Positions 28,252-39,722 of a DNA stretch of 64,000 nucleotides are shown in pieces (within the stretch, counting starts at the first letter, position 1; every line of letters begins with the position of its first letter). The position numbers and the translations under genes were made by a program. The DNA is taken from the NCBI GenBank assembly GCA_965237955.1, contig OZ250169.1, positions 5,728,001 to 5,792,000 on the forward strand. Direction: 5' to 3'. This DNA comes from Candidatus Marinacidobacterales bacterium (lineage in GTDB: Bacteria > Acidobacteriota > Vicinamibacteria > Marinacidobacterales > SMYC01). The notes below the pieces were generated by a model. It was not told the origin of the DNA. It saw only the letters and a program-made list of their open reading frames with translations, and made no database searches.

Positions 28252-30669
28252 ATGCGCGTTCCCATCAAGTGGTTGAGTGAATACGTCAACCTGAGTCTGC
28301 CGATCGCCGACATTGCCCACCGGTTGACGATGGCCGGGCTCGAAGTCACCGGAATCGAGCGTACAGGAGAGGAGTGGGACGGCGTCGTCGTCGGCCACGT
28401 GCTCGACGTCAAGAAACATCCCGACGCCGATCGTTTGTCGCTCGTAAGCGTCGATGTCGGTGACGAAACGTTCGAGGTCGTTTGCGGCGCTCCCAACGTT
28501 GCCGCGGGGCAGAACATCGCCTACGCGAAGCTCGGGACGCGGCTCCACTTTTCCGGTGGCGCGCGCACGGGAGAGAAGAAAAAGCTCAAGAAAGCGAAGA
28601 TCCGTGGTGTGGTGTCGACCGGGATGGTGTGCTCCGCGCGGGAGCTGGGTCTGTCCGACGAGCACGAGGGTATTCTCGTTCTTTCCGAATCCACCGAGAA
28701 AGGGCAGCCGCTCGGCGACGTCCTCGGCGACACGGTTCTCGACATCGACATGAAACCGAACCGCGCCGACGGTCTTTCCATCGTCGGAGTCGCTCGCGAT
28801 GTTGCTGCTCTCACGGGCGAAAGCTTGTCGGAGCCGGATTGTTCCTTCGAGACTCTCGGAGGAGCTATCGAAGGGCGGGCGAGCGTCGAGATTCAGGACC
28901 CGGATCTGTGCGCGCGTTTCACCCTCGCGATCATTGAGAACATCAACATTGGTCCATCACCCGCCTGGATGCAGGAAGCGCTCCTTGGTGCGGGCATGCG
29001 GCCTATCAGCAATGTCGTCGATATCACCAACTACGTGATGCTCGAGCTCGGACAGCCCATCCACGCGTTCGACTACGACAAGGTCCGAGATCACAGCATC
29101 ATTGTGCGACGCGCCCGACAAGGTGAGAAGCTGAGCACGCTCGACGGAAAACAACGTACGTTCACATCCGACGAGCTCCTGATCACCGACCCGTCGGGAC
29201 CGATTGCCGTCGCCGGAGTCATGGGTGGGCTCCACACCGAAGTTACCGACGAGACGAAAACGATCTTGCTCGAGGTGGCGAATTTCGATCCGGTGAACAT
29301 TCGCCGTACCGCGATGGCCCTCAAGCTTCCTAGCGAGGCATCTCGTCGCTTCGCGTGGGGGATCGCGCCCGAGCTGGCGCCGATCACGTCCCGCCGGGTG
29401 ACCAAGTTTCTCGTCGAGCTCGCGGGCGGCAAAGCCTACGAGGATCTCGTGGACGCTTATCCGAGGCCGTCTCAAAAGGTGACGGTGTCTCTGCCCCGAA
29501 AGCGTATCCCCCAAGTGCTCGGGATCGATCCGCCAGAAGAGACAATCGTTTCCTCGCTCGAGGCGCTTGGTTTCGGGGTCGCCTCCCGAAATGGTGGCTT
29601 CGACGTCGACGTACCGTATTGGCGGCGCGACGTTCGATGTGCGGATGACGTCGTCGAAGAAGTTGCTCGTATGGTGGGCTACGAGACCATTCCTGCCGAG
29701 CCACTCGCGGGTCGGGTGCCTCCCGGCGTACCGCAACCGGTTCGTGAGCTCCGCGAGCGCATCCGGGACGTTCTCGTCGGCGGGGGGATGCAAGAAGTCA
29801 TCACCTATCCGCTGACGAGCATGGAAGTGTTGGCGCGCGTCGTGTCTCCCGAGACGCTCGAACACGTCGTGCCCCTCGTGGTCGTGAATCCCTTGAACGT
29901 TGGCGAAGAGCGGATGCGGACTTCGCTCCGCGCTTCGATGCTCGCGTGTGTCGCGCGCAATCTTCGCGTCACCAAAGAACATATGGCGTTTTTCGAGTGC
30001 GCACGCGTTTACACGCCGACGGCGCCGACTGAGGATGCACTTCCGCGTGAGAGCGAGCACGTGGTTGGTGCGGTGACCGGCGCCCGTCTCGATCGGTTCG
30101 GGAATGCGACCGACGATCACGTGGATTTTTTCGACGCGAAAGCCTACGTCGAACGCCTCTTCGATCGACTGAGCGTCGGCGTCAGTTTTGGCGCCACCGA
30201 AGAATATGGATTGCTCTCGGGCCGCACCGCGGAGATTCGGGTGGCGGATACCGTCGTCGGGGTCGTCGGGCAAGTGCATCCGAAGACGGCGCAAACGTTC
30301 GGGCTCGGACAAGACGTCTACTTGCTGGAAGTCACGCTCAACGAGCTCTTGCCTCATGTGCCGCCGGTGGCACATTACCGCCCGTTCTCGAAATACCCGG
30401 CGGTGGTCGAGGACTTGGCGGTTGTAGTCGATCGCGAGCAGACGGCGGCGACGGTTCTGGCGGAGATTATCGCGCACCCGCTCGTCGCCAACGCGCGCGT
30501 CTTCGACGAATATACGGGCGAGCAAGTGCCGGAAGGGAAAAAGTCTCTTGCGTTTGCGGTTTCCTATCAGGCGCCCGATCGAACGCTGACGGACTCGGAC
30601 GTCGCCAAGGCACGCGAGAGGATCGTTTCTCGCCTTCGAGGCCGGTGCGGAGCGGAGCTGCGTTCCTAG
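28252..30669 (+). CDS. pheT: Phenylalanine--tRNA ligase beta subunit
   Basis: Motifs HPDADRL, VCGAPN, PNRAD, NVVDITNYVMLELGQP and the C-terminal FDX-ACB GKKSLAF. Confidence 0.97.
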   Translation: MRVPIKWLSEYVNLSLPIADIAHRLTMAGLEVTGIERTGEEWDGVVVGHVLDVKKHPDADRLSLVSVDVGDETFEVVCGAPNVAAGQNIAYAKLGTRLHFSGGARTGEKKKLKKAKIRGVVSTGMVCSARELGLSDEHEGILVLSESTEKGQPLGDVLGDTVLDIDMKPNRADGLSIVGVARDVAALTGESLSEPDCSFETLGGAIEGRASVEIQDPDLCARFTLAIIENINIGPSPAWMQEALLGAGMRPISNVVDITNYVMLELGQPIHAFDYDKVRDHSIIVRRARQGEKLSTLDGKQRTFTSDELLITDPSGPIAVAGVMGGLHTEVTDETKTILLEVANFDPVNIRRTAMALKLPSEASRRFAWGIAPELAPITSRRVTKFLVELAGGKAYEDLVDAYPRPSQKVTVSLPRKRIPQVLGIDPPEETIVSSLEALGFGVASRNGGFDVDVPYWRRDVRCADDVVEEVARMVGYETIPAEPLAGRVPPGVPQPVRELRERIRDVLVGGGMQEVITYPLTSMEVLARVVSPETLEHVVPLVVVNPLNVGEERMRTSLRASMLACVARNLRVTKEHMAFFECARVYTPTAPTEDALPRESEHVVGAVTGARLDRFGNATDDHVDFFDAKAYVERLFDRLSVGVSFGATEEYGLLSGRTAEIRVADTVVGVVGQVHPKTAQTFGLGQDVYLLEVTLNELLPHVPPVAHYRPFSKYPAVVEDLAVVVDREQTAATVLAEIIAHPLVANARVFDEYTGEQVPEGKKSLAFAVSYQAPDRTLTDSDVAKARERIVSRLRGRCGAELRS

Positions 30670-30790
30670 TGCCGAAACGCCGGTTCGTCAGGCTACGTAG
30701 GTTCCGTGCGTGTCCCGAACTGATTCATGCACGGCTTGTCAGACCCAGCCCGCGGTACCGGTGCCCCTGACACAGCCCGGGTTTGAGTCA

Positions 30791-31241
30791 CTATTCCTGG
30801 TTCAGTTGAGTGAGAAGAGGTTTGCTGATCTTGGCCACGATGCTCACCTGCCTGCCCACGAGATCAGCCACGTCGTAACGGATCGAGGTGCCGAGAACCA
30901 TGGCGACTTCTGCAGCATTCAGGTTGTAGTCACTCTGAAGCCAACGTGCCAATTCGGAGGTGGCGCGCTGCATGGCCTGTGTAAGTGACCCTCCGATGCC
31001 GATGGCCATCAAAACGTCATCATTTTCAGCCCGTGGCGTGCCGATGGATTTTCCCGGTAGCACGTCCACCGTGAGCTCAAGTTCCAATGAGGTCTCGAGC
31101 GCAGAGCCGGTCAATTCTCCGTCTCCCTGGATAGCATGGCCATCACCCACAAATAACAGCGCGCCGGCCTGAAACACGGGCAAATAGACGGTCGTGCCCT
31201 CCCCAATCTGATTGTAGTCCATATTGCCGCCGTACTCGCCG
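30791..31241 (-). pseudogene. Acetamidase/formamidase C-terminal fragment truncated by IS3
   Basis: GEYGGNMD and GALLFVGDGHAIQGDGE; the 5' part is not found on the far side of the IS. Confidence 0.8.
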
Positions 31242-31486
31242 TGTATTGGTTCAGCGTGAAGATGACAGCGAGGTTGGACGTTAACGCAACGCCCGGCGGC
31301 AGGATGTCCCCTATCGCCCCAGGGATCGTACCAGAGTGCTCGGGGGCGTCAAGGGTAAAGCGCGCTGCGCGCGGTAAAGCGCGCTGCGCGCGCCGGCTTC
31401 GCCGCCCTTGACGCCCCCTGCGCTCTCTGGTACTCAATGCTTGTGGGCGAGAGGGAACGGAGTGGGGCTCCTGGGATCAGAGTGTT

Positions 31487-33581
31487 CATGCGGGCACCTT
31501 GTTCGCACGGCGCTCACGCCGCAGCTTCCGAGCCTGCTCGAGTTTGCGGTCTCGCTCCGACCAGATCTGGGTGGCCTTGCCATCCATGAAGTCCAGCGGC
31601 GCAATGTAGCCGATCGCGCTGTGCAGGCGAACCCCGTTGTAATATTCGACGAATCGTTCCATCAAGCGGCGAGCCTCTTCGAGGCTCGTGGGGCTGGCAG
31701 GACAGGGCGTCCGATTTTATCGTCTTGTGCCAACGCTCGATCTTCCCGTTCGATTGCGGGTAGTACGGCGCGGTCCTCACGTGCGTCATCCCTGAGATGC
31801 GGATGAATGCCTTGAAGTCCTTCGCGATGTACTGCGGACCGTTGTCCGAGATGATTCGAGGCCGCGCATCGGGGTACAGGACGCAGGGCGTCCGATTTTA
31901 TCGTCTTGTGCCAACGCTCGATCTTCCCGTTCGATTGCGGGTAGTACGGCGCGGTCCTCACGTGCGTCATCCCTGAGATGCGGATGAATGCCTTGAAGTC
32001 CTTCGCGATGTACTGCGGACCGTTGTCCGAGATGATTCGAGGCCGCGCATCGGGGTACCGCTCCTTTGCTCGCTCCAAGATGCACTCCACATCCGCTTCC
32101 GTCATCGACTCACGAATCTCCCAGTGAACCACCGCGCGGCTCGCACCATCCAGAAACGAGCAGAGGTAGTAGAACGTCCCACCCAGGTTCAAGTACGAGA
32201 TATCCGTGTGCCAGTGCTGGTGCGCTCGCAGCGGCTGAACGAAGCCCGTTCCCTTCTTCGACGGCTTCGGGTTCCAACGGTCCAGACGACCCGCCTTCGA
32301 CAACACCCGGTACGTCGTCGAGGGGCTAACTGCCACCACGTCTTCGTCCAGCATCATGAACGTGAGTCGGCGATACCCGTCCAGTGGGTGGCAGTCGAAG
32401 TAGTCGATCACGGACTGGCGCTCCCATTCTTCGATCCAGTGATCCCGCGGCACCAGGCCGTTGTGCTCATTCACCTTCCCGTACCGCTTGCGCCAGTCGT
32501 AGAACTTGCCCCGAGCGATCCCGCACCACTGAACGATCTGCTGGACCGGAAGCTGGGTCTTGGTGGCGATTGTGTTCACGAAGTCGACAACCTCGTCACG
32601 ACGGTCATGGGGAATCCAGGCACCACTCAGGCTTCCCCAAGTTTTTTTTTGAGTGTCACGTACTCTTCGGTCACCTCAGCGATGATCTGATCCTTACGGG
32701 CCACCTTCGCCTCGAGACGGGAGAGCTTCTCCTCTAGCTCCTTCTCACGGCTCGGCGCACGACGGAACGAAAACACCGTATGGGCTCCAGCCAATAGCTC
32801 CCTTTGCCATGTGTAGAACAGGCTCGGCTGGATTTCTGCCTCGTTGCATACCTCCGAGACCGGCTTTTTCTCGGCAACGTGCTGGCAGGGCGTCCGATTT
32901 TATCGTCTTGTGCCAACGCTCGATCTTCCCGTTCGATTGCGGGTAGTACGGCGCGGTCCTCACGTGCGTCATCCCTGAGATGCGGATGAATGCCTTGAAG
33001 TCCTTCGCGATGTACTGCGGACCGTTGTCCGAGATGATTCGAGGCCGCGCATCGGGGTACCGCTCCTTTGCTCGCTCCAAGATGCACTCCACATCCGCTT
33101 CCGTCATCGACTCACGAATCTCCCAGTGAACCACCGCGCGGCTCGCACCATCCAGAAACGAGCAGAGGTAGTAGAACGTCCCACCCAGGTTCAAGTACGA
33201 GATATCCGTGTGCCAGTGCTGGTGCGCTCGCAGCGGCTGAACGAAGCCCGTTCCCTTCTTCGACGGCTTCGGGTTCCAACGGTCCAGACGACCCGCCTTC
33301 GACAACACCCGGTACGTCGTCGAGGGGCTAACTGCCACCACGTCTTCGTCCAGCATCATGAACGTGAGTCGGCGATACCCGTCCAGTGGGTGGCAGTCGA
33401 AGTAGTCGATCACGGACTGGCGCTCCCATTCTTCGATCCAGTGATCCCGCGGCACCAGGCCGTTGTGCTCATTCACCTTCCCGTACCGCTTGCGCCAGTC
33501 GTAGAACTTGCCCCGAGCGATCCCGCACCACTGAACGATCTGCTGGACCGGAAGCTGGGTCTTGGTGGCGATTGTGTTCAC
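31487..33581 (-). pseudogene. IS3 OrfB, duplicated and broken
   Basis: Motifs WHTDISY, ISDNGPQY and PQSNGKIERWH are repeated. The true C-terminus (YNGVRLHSAIGY) is out of frame. Confidence 0.85.
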
Positions 33582-33606
33582 GAAGTCGACAACCTCGTCA
33601 CGACGG

Positions 33607-33939
33607 TCATGGGGAATCCAGGCACCACTCAGGCTTCCCCAAGTTTTTTTTGAGTGTCACGTACTCTTCGGTCACCTCAGCGATGATCTGATCCTTACGG
33701 GCCACCTTCGCCTCGAGACGGGAGAGCTTCTCCTCTAGCTCCTTCTCACGGCTCGGCGCACGACGGAACGAAAACACCGTATGGGCTCCAGCCAATAGCT
33801 CCCTTTGCCATGTGTAGAACAGGCTCGGCTGGATTTCTGCCTCGTTGCATACCTCCGAGACCGGCTTTTTCTCGGCAACGTGCTGGCGCAACAGCTCTGC
33901 CTTTTGCTCCGCAGTGTGACGACGACGACCTTTGCTCAT
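33607..33939 (-). CDS. IS3 OrfA
   Basis: MSKGRRRHTAEQKAELL HTH; A8 slippery run at the orfA/orfB overlap. Confidence 0.85.
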   Translation of the reverse strand: MSKGRRRHTAEQKAELLRQHVAEKKPVSEVCNEAEIQPSLFYTWQRELLAGAHTVFSFRRAPSREKELEEKLSRLEAKVARKDQIIAEVTEEYVTLKKNLGKPEWCLDSP

Positions 33940-34138
33940 GACAGCTCCTTTTTCCATGTGCGTATTTTAACTTCAGGACTGTCATGTTCCAGCTGAACCG
34001 AAACACGGCGGGGACGGGTTTACCCAACACAGAGAAGGATCCTGGCGCACGGCTCCCTCCCAATTGCCGCCCCCGCCACTCACGGAGCGGCATCAAAGCA
34101 GCCGTGGCCAAATATATCGCCTGTTAGCTGTAGGTAGG

Positions 34139-34190
34139 AATCTATGCTAAAAACGCGCGCGAGGTCAAGAGTGTTTTTGCTTTTTTTTCC
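34139..34190 (-). promoter_or_regulatory. Putative strong sigma70 promoter with UP element
   Basis: Minus strand: A-tracts, then TTGACC (34168-34163), 18 bp, TAGATT (34144-34139). Confidence 0.5.
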
Positions 34191-34234
34191 GGGGGCACCT
34201 TGACTTCGGTTGGGTGCGAAGGGATTGTTTACGC

Positions 34235-37200
34235 ATGCTGAGTGCGACAAAGGCTTTGGTTCCGGTGTTTTCGTGCGTTTGGGCGTGTTTGTCTTTTTCG
34301 CTCGCGGCCGCGCAATCGTTCGATGACCTGACGTTCGCTTAATCGGACCCGCGGTGATGGGTGGACGTATCGATGCGATCGCGGTCGTCGAAAGGGAGCC
34401 ATCGACGTTTTACGTTGGAACCGCTTCCGGTGGGCTGTGGAAAACGGTCAACAATGGCACGACATGGACGGCCATCTTCGACGATTACGCGACGTCCTCC
34501 ATAGGCGATGTTGGGGTTTCTGCGTCCGACCCGCGGATCGTTTGGGTCGGCACCGGCGAGGCCAACAATCGACAAAGCTCGAGTTTCGGCGACGGTGTGT
34601 ACAAGTCGATCGATGCCGGCAAGACGTGGGCGCACCAAGGTCTCGTTGATTCGGGCCACATCGGAAAAGTCGTGCTCGATCCCAAAAACCCCGAGCGCGT
34701 ATTCGTCGCTGCCTTGGGGAGCCTGTGGAGTGCGGGAGGAGAGCGCGGGGTGTTCCGCACGCTCGACGCGGTCGCAGCTGGAAGCAAGTTCTCGAGATCG
34801 ACGAAGACACTGGCGTCAGCACGTTGGCTCTGGACCCAGTCAACGCGAACGTGCTCTACGCCGCTGCGTACCAACGCCGGCGCACGCCCTGGGGTTTCGA
34901 CGGAGGCGGGCCGGGGAGTGGTCTCTACAAAACCGTGGACGGTGGCGACAGTTGGGTCCGTCTCAACTCTGGACTCCCCGAAGGTCCGCTCGGGCGCATC
35001 GGCGTCGCCGTTTTTCGTGGGGATCCCAACATCGTGTTCGCTCTCGTCGAGCACAACACCGAAGGTGGGCTCTACCGCTCGAGCGATCGGGGCGAGAGCT
35101 GGACGAAAAGCAACGATCTGAACCCGCGGCCGATGTACTACAGCAAGATTTTCGTGGATCCGACTGACGCGGATCGGATCTACGTGCTCGGCTCGTCGTT
35201 CCATGTCTCGGACGATGGCGGACACAGTTTCGTCACCAATCGCGACATGACTCCGAGATACGACATCGGTGTCCACGGCGATCATCACGCTCTTTGGATC
35301 GATCCAGAAAACTCGAATCACCTCATTCTCGGCGGCGACGGCGGGCTGTACTTCTCCTGGGATCGCAGTCGCTCGTTCGCGAAAATCAACAACCTCCCGA
35401 TTGCCCAGTTCTATGACATCGCGGTCGATATGGACGAGCCGTACAACGTTTATGCCGGAGCGCAGGACACGCACTCGTGGGTGGGGCCGAGCGCCACTCG
35501 GAACCAGATCGGGATCCTGAACAGCGACTGGGTCCAGACGAACTTCGGCGACGGCATGTACCAGCAAGCCGACCCGACCGATTCGTCGATCGTTTATACG
35601 GAATCGCAGGGCGGCGATATCGTTCGTCTCGACCGTCGCACCGGCAACCGTAAAGCCATCAAGCCTTACCCGAAACCGGACGAGGACCGGTACCGGTTTC
35701 ACTGGACGTCGCCGATACTCATTTCCCGCCACAATCCGAAAACGGTGTTCTTCGGAGGCAACCTGTTTTTCGTGTCAAGCGATCGCGGCGATTCATGGAC
35801 GGCTTCGTCGGATTTGACGCGGAACGAAGACCGGGACGAGCTCACCATCATGGGTCTCATTCCGGGGGACGATACGCTTTCGCGCCACGACGGGGTTGAC
35901 GAGTGGGGCACGATCACGACGATCTCCGAGTCAGCTCTTGCCGCGGGGACGGTGTACGTGGGGACGGACGATGGACGGATCCAACTGACACGCGACGGCG
36001 GCTCGAGCTGGAAGAGCCTCGAGGGGTCGCTTCCGGGAATGGATCCGGTGCGGAGCAAAGTGAGTCGCGTTATCGCATCGTCGGTCGAGCTCGGCAGAGC
36101 GTACGCGAGCTTCGATCGGCACGCCCTCGGCGATTTCACCCCGTACCTGTTCGTCACCGAGAGCTTCGGGGATTCCTGGAAGCGCCTTGCACTTCCGGAT
36201 GCAATCGGCTGGGTCAACGTGGTGACCGAGTATCCAGGACACGGTGATCTGCTTTTCGTCGGAACCGAGACCGGTGTGTTCGTCTCGCGCGATCGCGGTG
36301 CCTCGTGGTCGCGGATGACGGGAAGGTTTCCAACCGTCCCGGTGGATGATCTCGTGATCCACCCGCGAGACGAAGACCTCGTCGTCGGCACCCACGGCCG
36401 ATCGATCTATATCCTCGACGACATCGGACCGCTTGCGCGCTACCGTTCCGATGTGTCGACGGCTCAGCTGTTCGCGCCGCGCGATGCGACGATGTTTCTT
36501 CCTTGGAAGCACGAGAGCTACGGTGCGCAAGGACAATACGTTGGTGAGAACCCGACCGCGGGCGCTATCGTCACCTACCACTTGCCGAACGAACTGGATG
36601 TCCCCGCCACTCTCACGGTGCGCGACGAGGGGGGCGCAAAGCTCCGACTCGTCGAGGGGTCCGCGCGCAAAGGGTTCAATCGCATCGTGTGGGATCTGCG
36701 AGCGGAAGGACCTGAAGGCGTGACCGATGGACGGGGACCGTTCGTTCCCATGGGAACCTACACGCTCACGCTCGAAGTGGGAGCGGAGCGCCTCGATACG
36801 ACTGTACGCGTGGACGTCGATCCCAGGATGGACATCGGCGCGACGGAGTTTCGCGCGCGCTACCAGTTCTTGACCGAGGTCAACGCGCTCCGCGAACGCT
36901 TGCAACGCGCCGTCAACCGTGCCGACTCTCTGGAGCGCGAATCGAAAAAAATCTCGGAGATTTTAGAAGCTAATGATGAGGACGTGCGCGCCGCCCTGAA
37001 AGATCTCGAAGACGCCGTCGCGGCCGCCAAGGAGCCTCTCGCCGGGAAACGCAGCTTCCGTAACCCGACGTTGCTCACACGAGCGTCGCAACTCCTCACG
37101 GAGCTGAGCGGCGACAACGTGCGCCCGGGAACCCTACACGGCCCCACCGGGGTCCAACGAGCCCGCCTGACCCAGTTGAGCACCGAAGCCGACGAAGCCA

Positions 37201-37286
37201 TCGCCGAGCTCGAAGCTACGATCAACATGTCTGTTCCTGAGATTAACCGCATGTTGCAGGAGAAGGGGCCACTTCAGTTGAAGTAA
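34235..37286 (+). pseudogene. Secreted BNR/VPS10-repeat beta-propeller glycosyl-hydrolase-like protein with two 1-bp frameshifts (about 34337 and 34769)
   Basis: IGPAVMGGRI, repeated S/T-x-D-x-G-x-S/T-W Asp-boxes, HGDHHALWIDP and GTHGRS. It may be intact if the deletions are sequencing errors. Confidence 0.75.
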
Positions 37287-37453
37287 GCATTCAGCATCCA
37301 GCATTCAGTTCAAACCAAGTTGTGCCGGTAGGGAAGGCGATCTTAGGAGCACCGTCCTTGCCGCTAGCCAACGCCTCTGACCGGCACGGCCTTTGTCGAC
37401 GACGCGGGCCCACTTCGTGGCAGGGACGTGGTCTGAACTGGATGCTGAATGCT
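37286..37453. repeat. Element bounded by a 16-bp perfect IR between convergent genes
   Basis: AGCATTCAGCATCCAG at 37286-37301 and CTGGATGCTGAATGCT at 37438-37453. Confidence 0.6.
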
Positions 37454-37455
37454 GA

Positions 37456-38250
37456 TTAAAAGTCAGAATCCAACGAATACTCCGCATCCGCAAAATCCGG
37501 CAGAGCCGCGGCGACGCGGATGGGGACGAGTTCGGGTACCGATCGCTTCAAATATGCGATCTCCTGACGCAGTTTCTCGAGGTCTTCACTCCGGTCGATG
37601 TCGTACCAGCGGATGAGGGTCGAGACGGAAAGCTTCCGCGCTTTGACGACATTCATCGTCTGCTGGAGGACTTCCGGTGTACCCCAGTCGATGCCTTGAA
37701 ACAGCTCGGGAATCCACTCGCTGCAGCCGAGCAAGTAATACCCGCCGTCCTCGGCGGGACCGAGAACGACTTTGCGGTGCTCGAGCTCGTCAAACGCTTC
37801 GTGCACCACTTCGGGAGGAACCGTGGGACTGTCGCTTCCTAGCACGACCAAACGCGTCACCTCGCTGCGAAACCCCATGTAGAAAAGACTCGCGAGTCTT
37901 TCTCCCAAACCTCCAGTTGCCTGCACGGTCGTGGTCCAACCGCTAGGGACATTGAGCGCGCTCGGGTCTTCGAGAGGCTCGCTCAGCAACAAGAGCCGGT
38001 CGATGCCGGGCCGCTCGATACGGGTCAAGTGGTCGAGTGTGTCCTCGACCAATGCGCGATGCAGCGCAAGTGCCTGCTCGGCGGTGAGCGGCGGGGAGAG
38101 CCGTGTCTTGACTTTCCCGAGCACGGGCGCGCGAGCGAAAACGGCAAGAAGCTCGGTCACCGTCGAGAACGCTTCCTCATGCTCATGATCATGAGCCGCG
38201 GGCCTCGCTGAGAAGTCTGAGGAGAGCTCGGTTCTCCGGATTGGCGGCAA
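37456..38250 (-). CDS. DUF2064/TIGR04282-type GT-A-fold protein (start probably near 38159)
   Basis: Motifs P..GKVKTRL, LGERL, GSDSP, LGPAEDGGYYLLG and DID. Confidence 0.85.
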   Translation of the reverse strand: MPPIRRTELSSDFSARPAAHDHEHEEAFSTVTELLAVFARAPVLGKVKTRLSPPLTAEQALALHRALVEDTLDHLTRIERPGIDRLLLLSEPLEDPSALNVPSGWTTTVQATGGLGERLASLFYMGFRSEVTRLVVLGSDSPTVPPEVVHEAFDELEHRKVVLGPAEDGGYYLLGCSEWIPELFQGIDWGTPEVLQQTMNVVKARKLSVSTLIRWYDIDRSEDLEKLRQEIAYLKRSVPELVPIRVAAALPDFADAEYSLDSDF

Positions 38251-39496
38251 GACCTCGCCGGCACACGCGCGCCGCGGAGCCCGGATCCCCCGCGTCGATC
38301 AAAGCGCGCGCCGCCTTGACGAGCGGCGCCACTCGACGAGGCTCGACAGACGCGAGCTTCAAGTAGATCTCGGCCGCCATCTCTGGGTTGTCGAGATCGA
38401 CGTAAGTGTCGCCGAGCCGCTCCAACACCGCGGGACTGTCGCCCCGCAACCGAAGAAACACGTGATACGCGGTGACGGCTTCGGCATGATTGTTCCGGGC
38501 GCGGTAGAGGTCGCCGAGCAGTCGATGCGCTTTGGCCGGTATCGGAGTCGCCTGGCTGGCGCGTTGAAGCTCCGCGAAGCCTCGCGACTCATCGTCCATC
38601 GCGAGATACGCGCGACCGAGCGCGAGAGCTGCGCGACCGTCGGCAGGGTCCATCTTGACGACCGACTCGAGCGCGGTCACGGCTTTATCCAGCGCGACGC
38701 GATCGCCCGAGAGCATCGCTTCGGCGAGCCAGAGCTCGCCGAGCTGGAGATACGCGGCCGGTAGATTGGGGTCCTGTTCGAGCGCAAGGCCCACGGACGC
38801 CATGGCCTCGGTGCGGCGTCCAGCGAGCTGATGAACGGTGGCCAAGTGCAAGTAGGGCTCAGCCGCGCCCGGGTTCGCGTTGATCTCCGCCTGTACCGGC
38901 TCCATGGCTCGCTGCGGATCGCCGCTTTCGATGTAGAGGTCGATGAGAGCCGATCGGGCAAGCTCCGCTTCCGGCCGCAGCTCGAGGGCCTTGTGAAAAT
39001 CGGCGTTCGCCTCGTCGATGTCGCCGAGCGATCGAAAAACGGCGCCGCGCAGATAGTAGGCTTCCCAAAATCCTTCCCGGAGCGCGGCGGCGCGATTCAA
39101 CGCGGCGATCGCTTCGGCCTCACGCCCGGCGCGGAAATGGACGAGGGCGAGCTTGTACAAAACCGTCGGGGAGTCCGGGTCGATGTCGAGCACCAACCGA
39201 TAGTGCACCGCAGCTTCATCGAAGCGCTCGACCTCGTTGTACAGGTCAGCGAGACGCAACGATACCAGGAGGATGTCGGACGAGAGCCTCGCTGCGGCTT
39301 CGAGATCGTCGAGCGCGGTTGCGAGGTTGCCTTGTTGGCGCTCGGCTTCCGCACGCTTGACGTAGGCGATCGCGTCGTCGGGCTTCATGCCGATGGCGGA
39401 TGTGTACGTTCGACTCGCTTGGAAAGGGAGCTCCTCTCCCATGAGCTCATCCCCCAACCGGACGAGCTGAAAATACCGGTAGTCCCGCGCGAGCAC
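38189..39496 (-). CDS. TPR-repeat protein
   Basis: Multiple TPR units. Confidence 0.8.
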   Translation of the reverse strand: MLARDYRYFQLVRLGDELMGEELPFQASRTYTSAIGMKPDDAIAYVKRAEAERQQGNLATALDDLEAAARLSSDILLVSLRLADLYNEVERFDEAAVHYRLVLDIDPDSPTVLYKLALVHFRAGREAEAIAALNRAAALREGFWEAYYLRGAVFRSLGDIDEANADFHKALELRPEAELARSALIDLYIESGDPQRAMEPVQAEINANPGAAEPYLHLATVHQLAGRRTEAMASVGLALEQDPNLPAAYLQLGELWLAEAMLSGDRVALDKAVTALESVVKMDPADGRAALALGRAYLAMDDESRGFAELQRASQATPIPAKAHRLLGDLYRARNNHAEAVTAYHVFLRLRGDSPAVLERLGDTYVDLDNPEMAAEIYLKLASVEPRRVAPLVKAARALIDAGDPGSAARVCRRGLAANPENRALLRLLSEARGS

Positions 39497-39619
39497 CGAA
39501 AACGAACACAGAAGCGAGCAGGGCGAGCGACGCCAGCACGAGGAGCGACTTCCGCAAATCTATAAATCCCTTTTGATCAATAGGTTAGCAAATCGACGCC
39601 GGGCACGTCAAAACAAATT

Positions 39620-39648
39620 GGAACTAAATCGATCATCGCGGTGTCCAA
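39620..39648 (+). promoter_or_regulatory. Putative ECF-sigma autoregulatory promoter
   Basis: GGAACT-N17-GTCCAA about 75 bp upstream of the ECF sigma gene. Confidence 0.5.
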
Positions 39649-39722
39649 GCTAACGTACGGGCCGGTCCCAAAGAAGCGGAAACCAACCGTGTGGTAGGAT
39701 ACACGAAAGGTTAGAACTCAGG

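Larger units (their letters stand above)
31242..34005 (-). mobile_element. IS3-family element with internal tandem duplications (181 bp and 1002 bp)
   Basis: IRs TGTATTGGTTCAGCGTGAAGATGACAG and CTGTCATGTTCCAGCTGAACCGAAACA. Repeated blocks start at 31704, 31885 and 32887. Confidence 0.88.

Noticed and set aside
28957-30525. Long antisense ORFs (also 27175-28665, 34485-35732, 50912-52237, 61047-62582)
   Set aside because: Shadow frames of GC-rich genes with no recognisable motifs.
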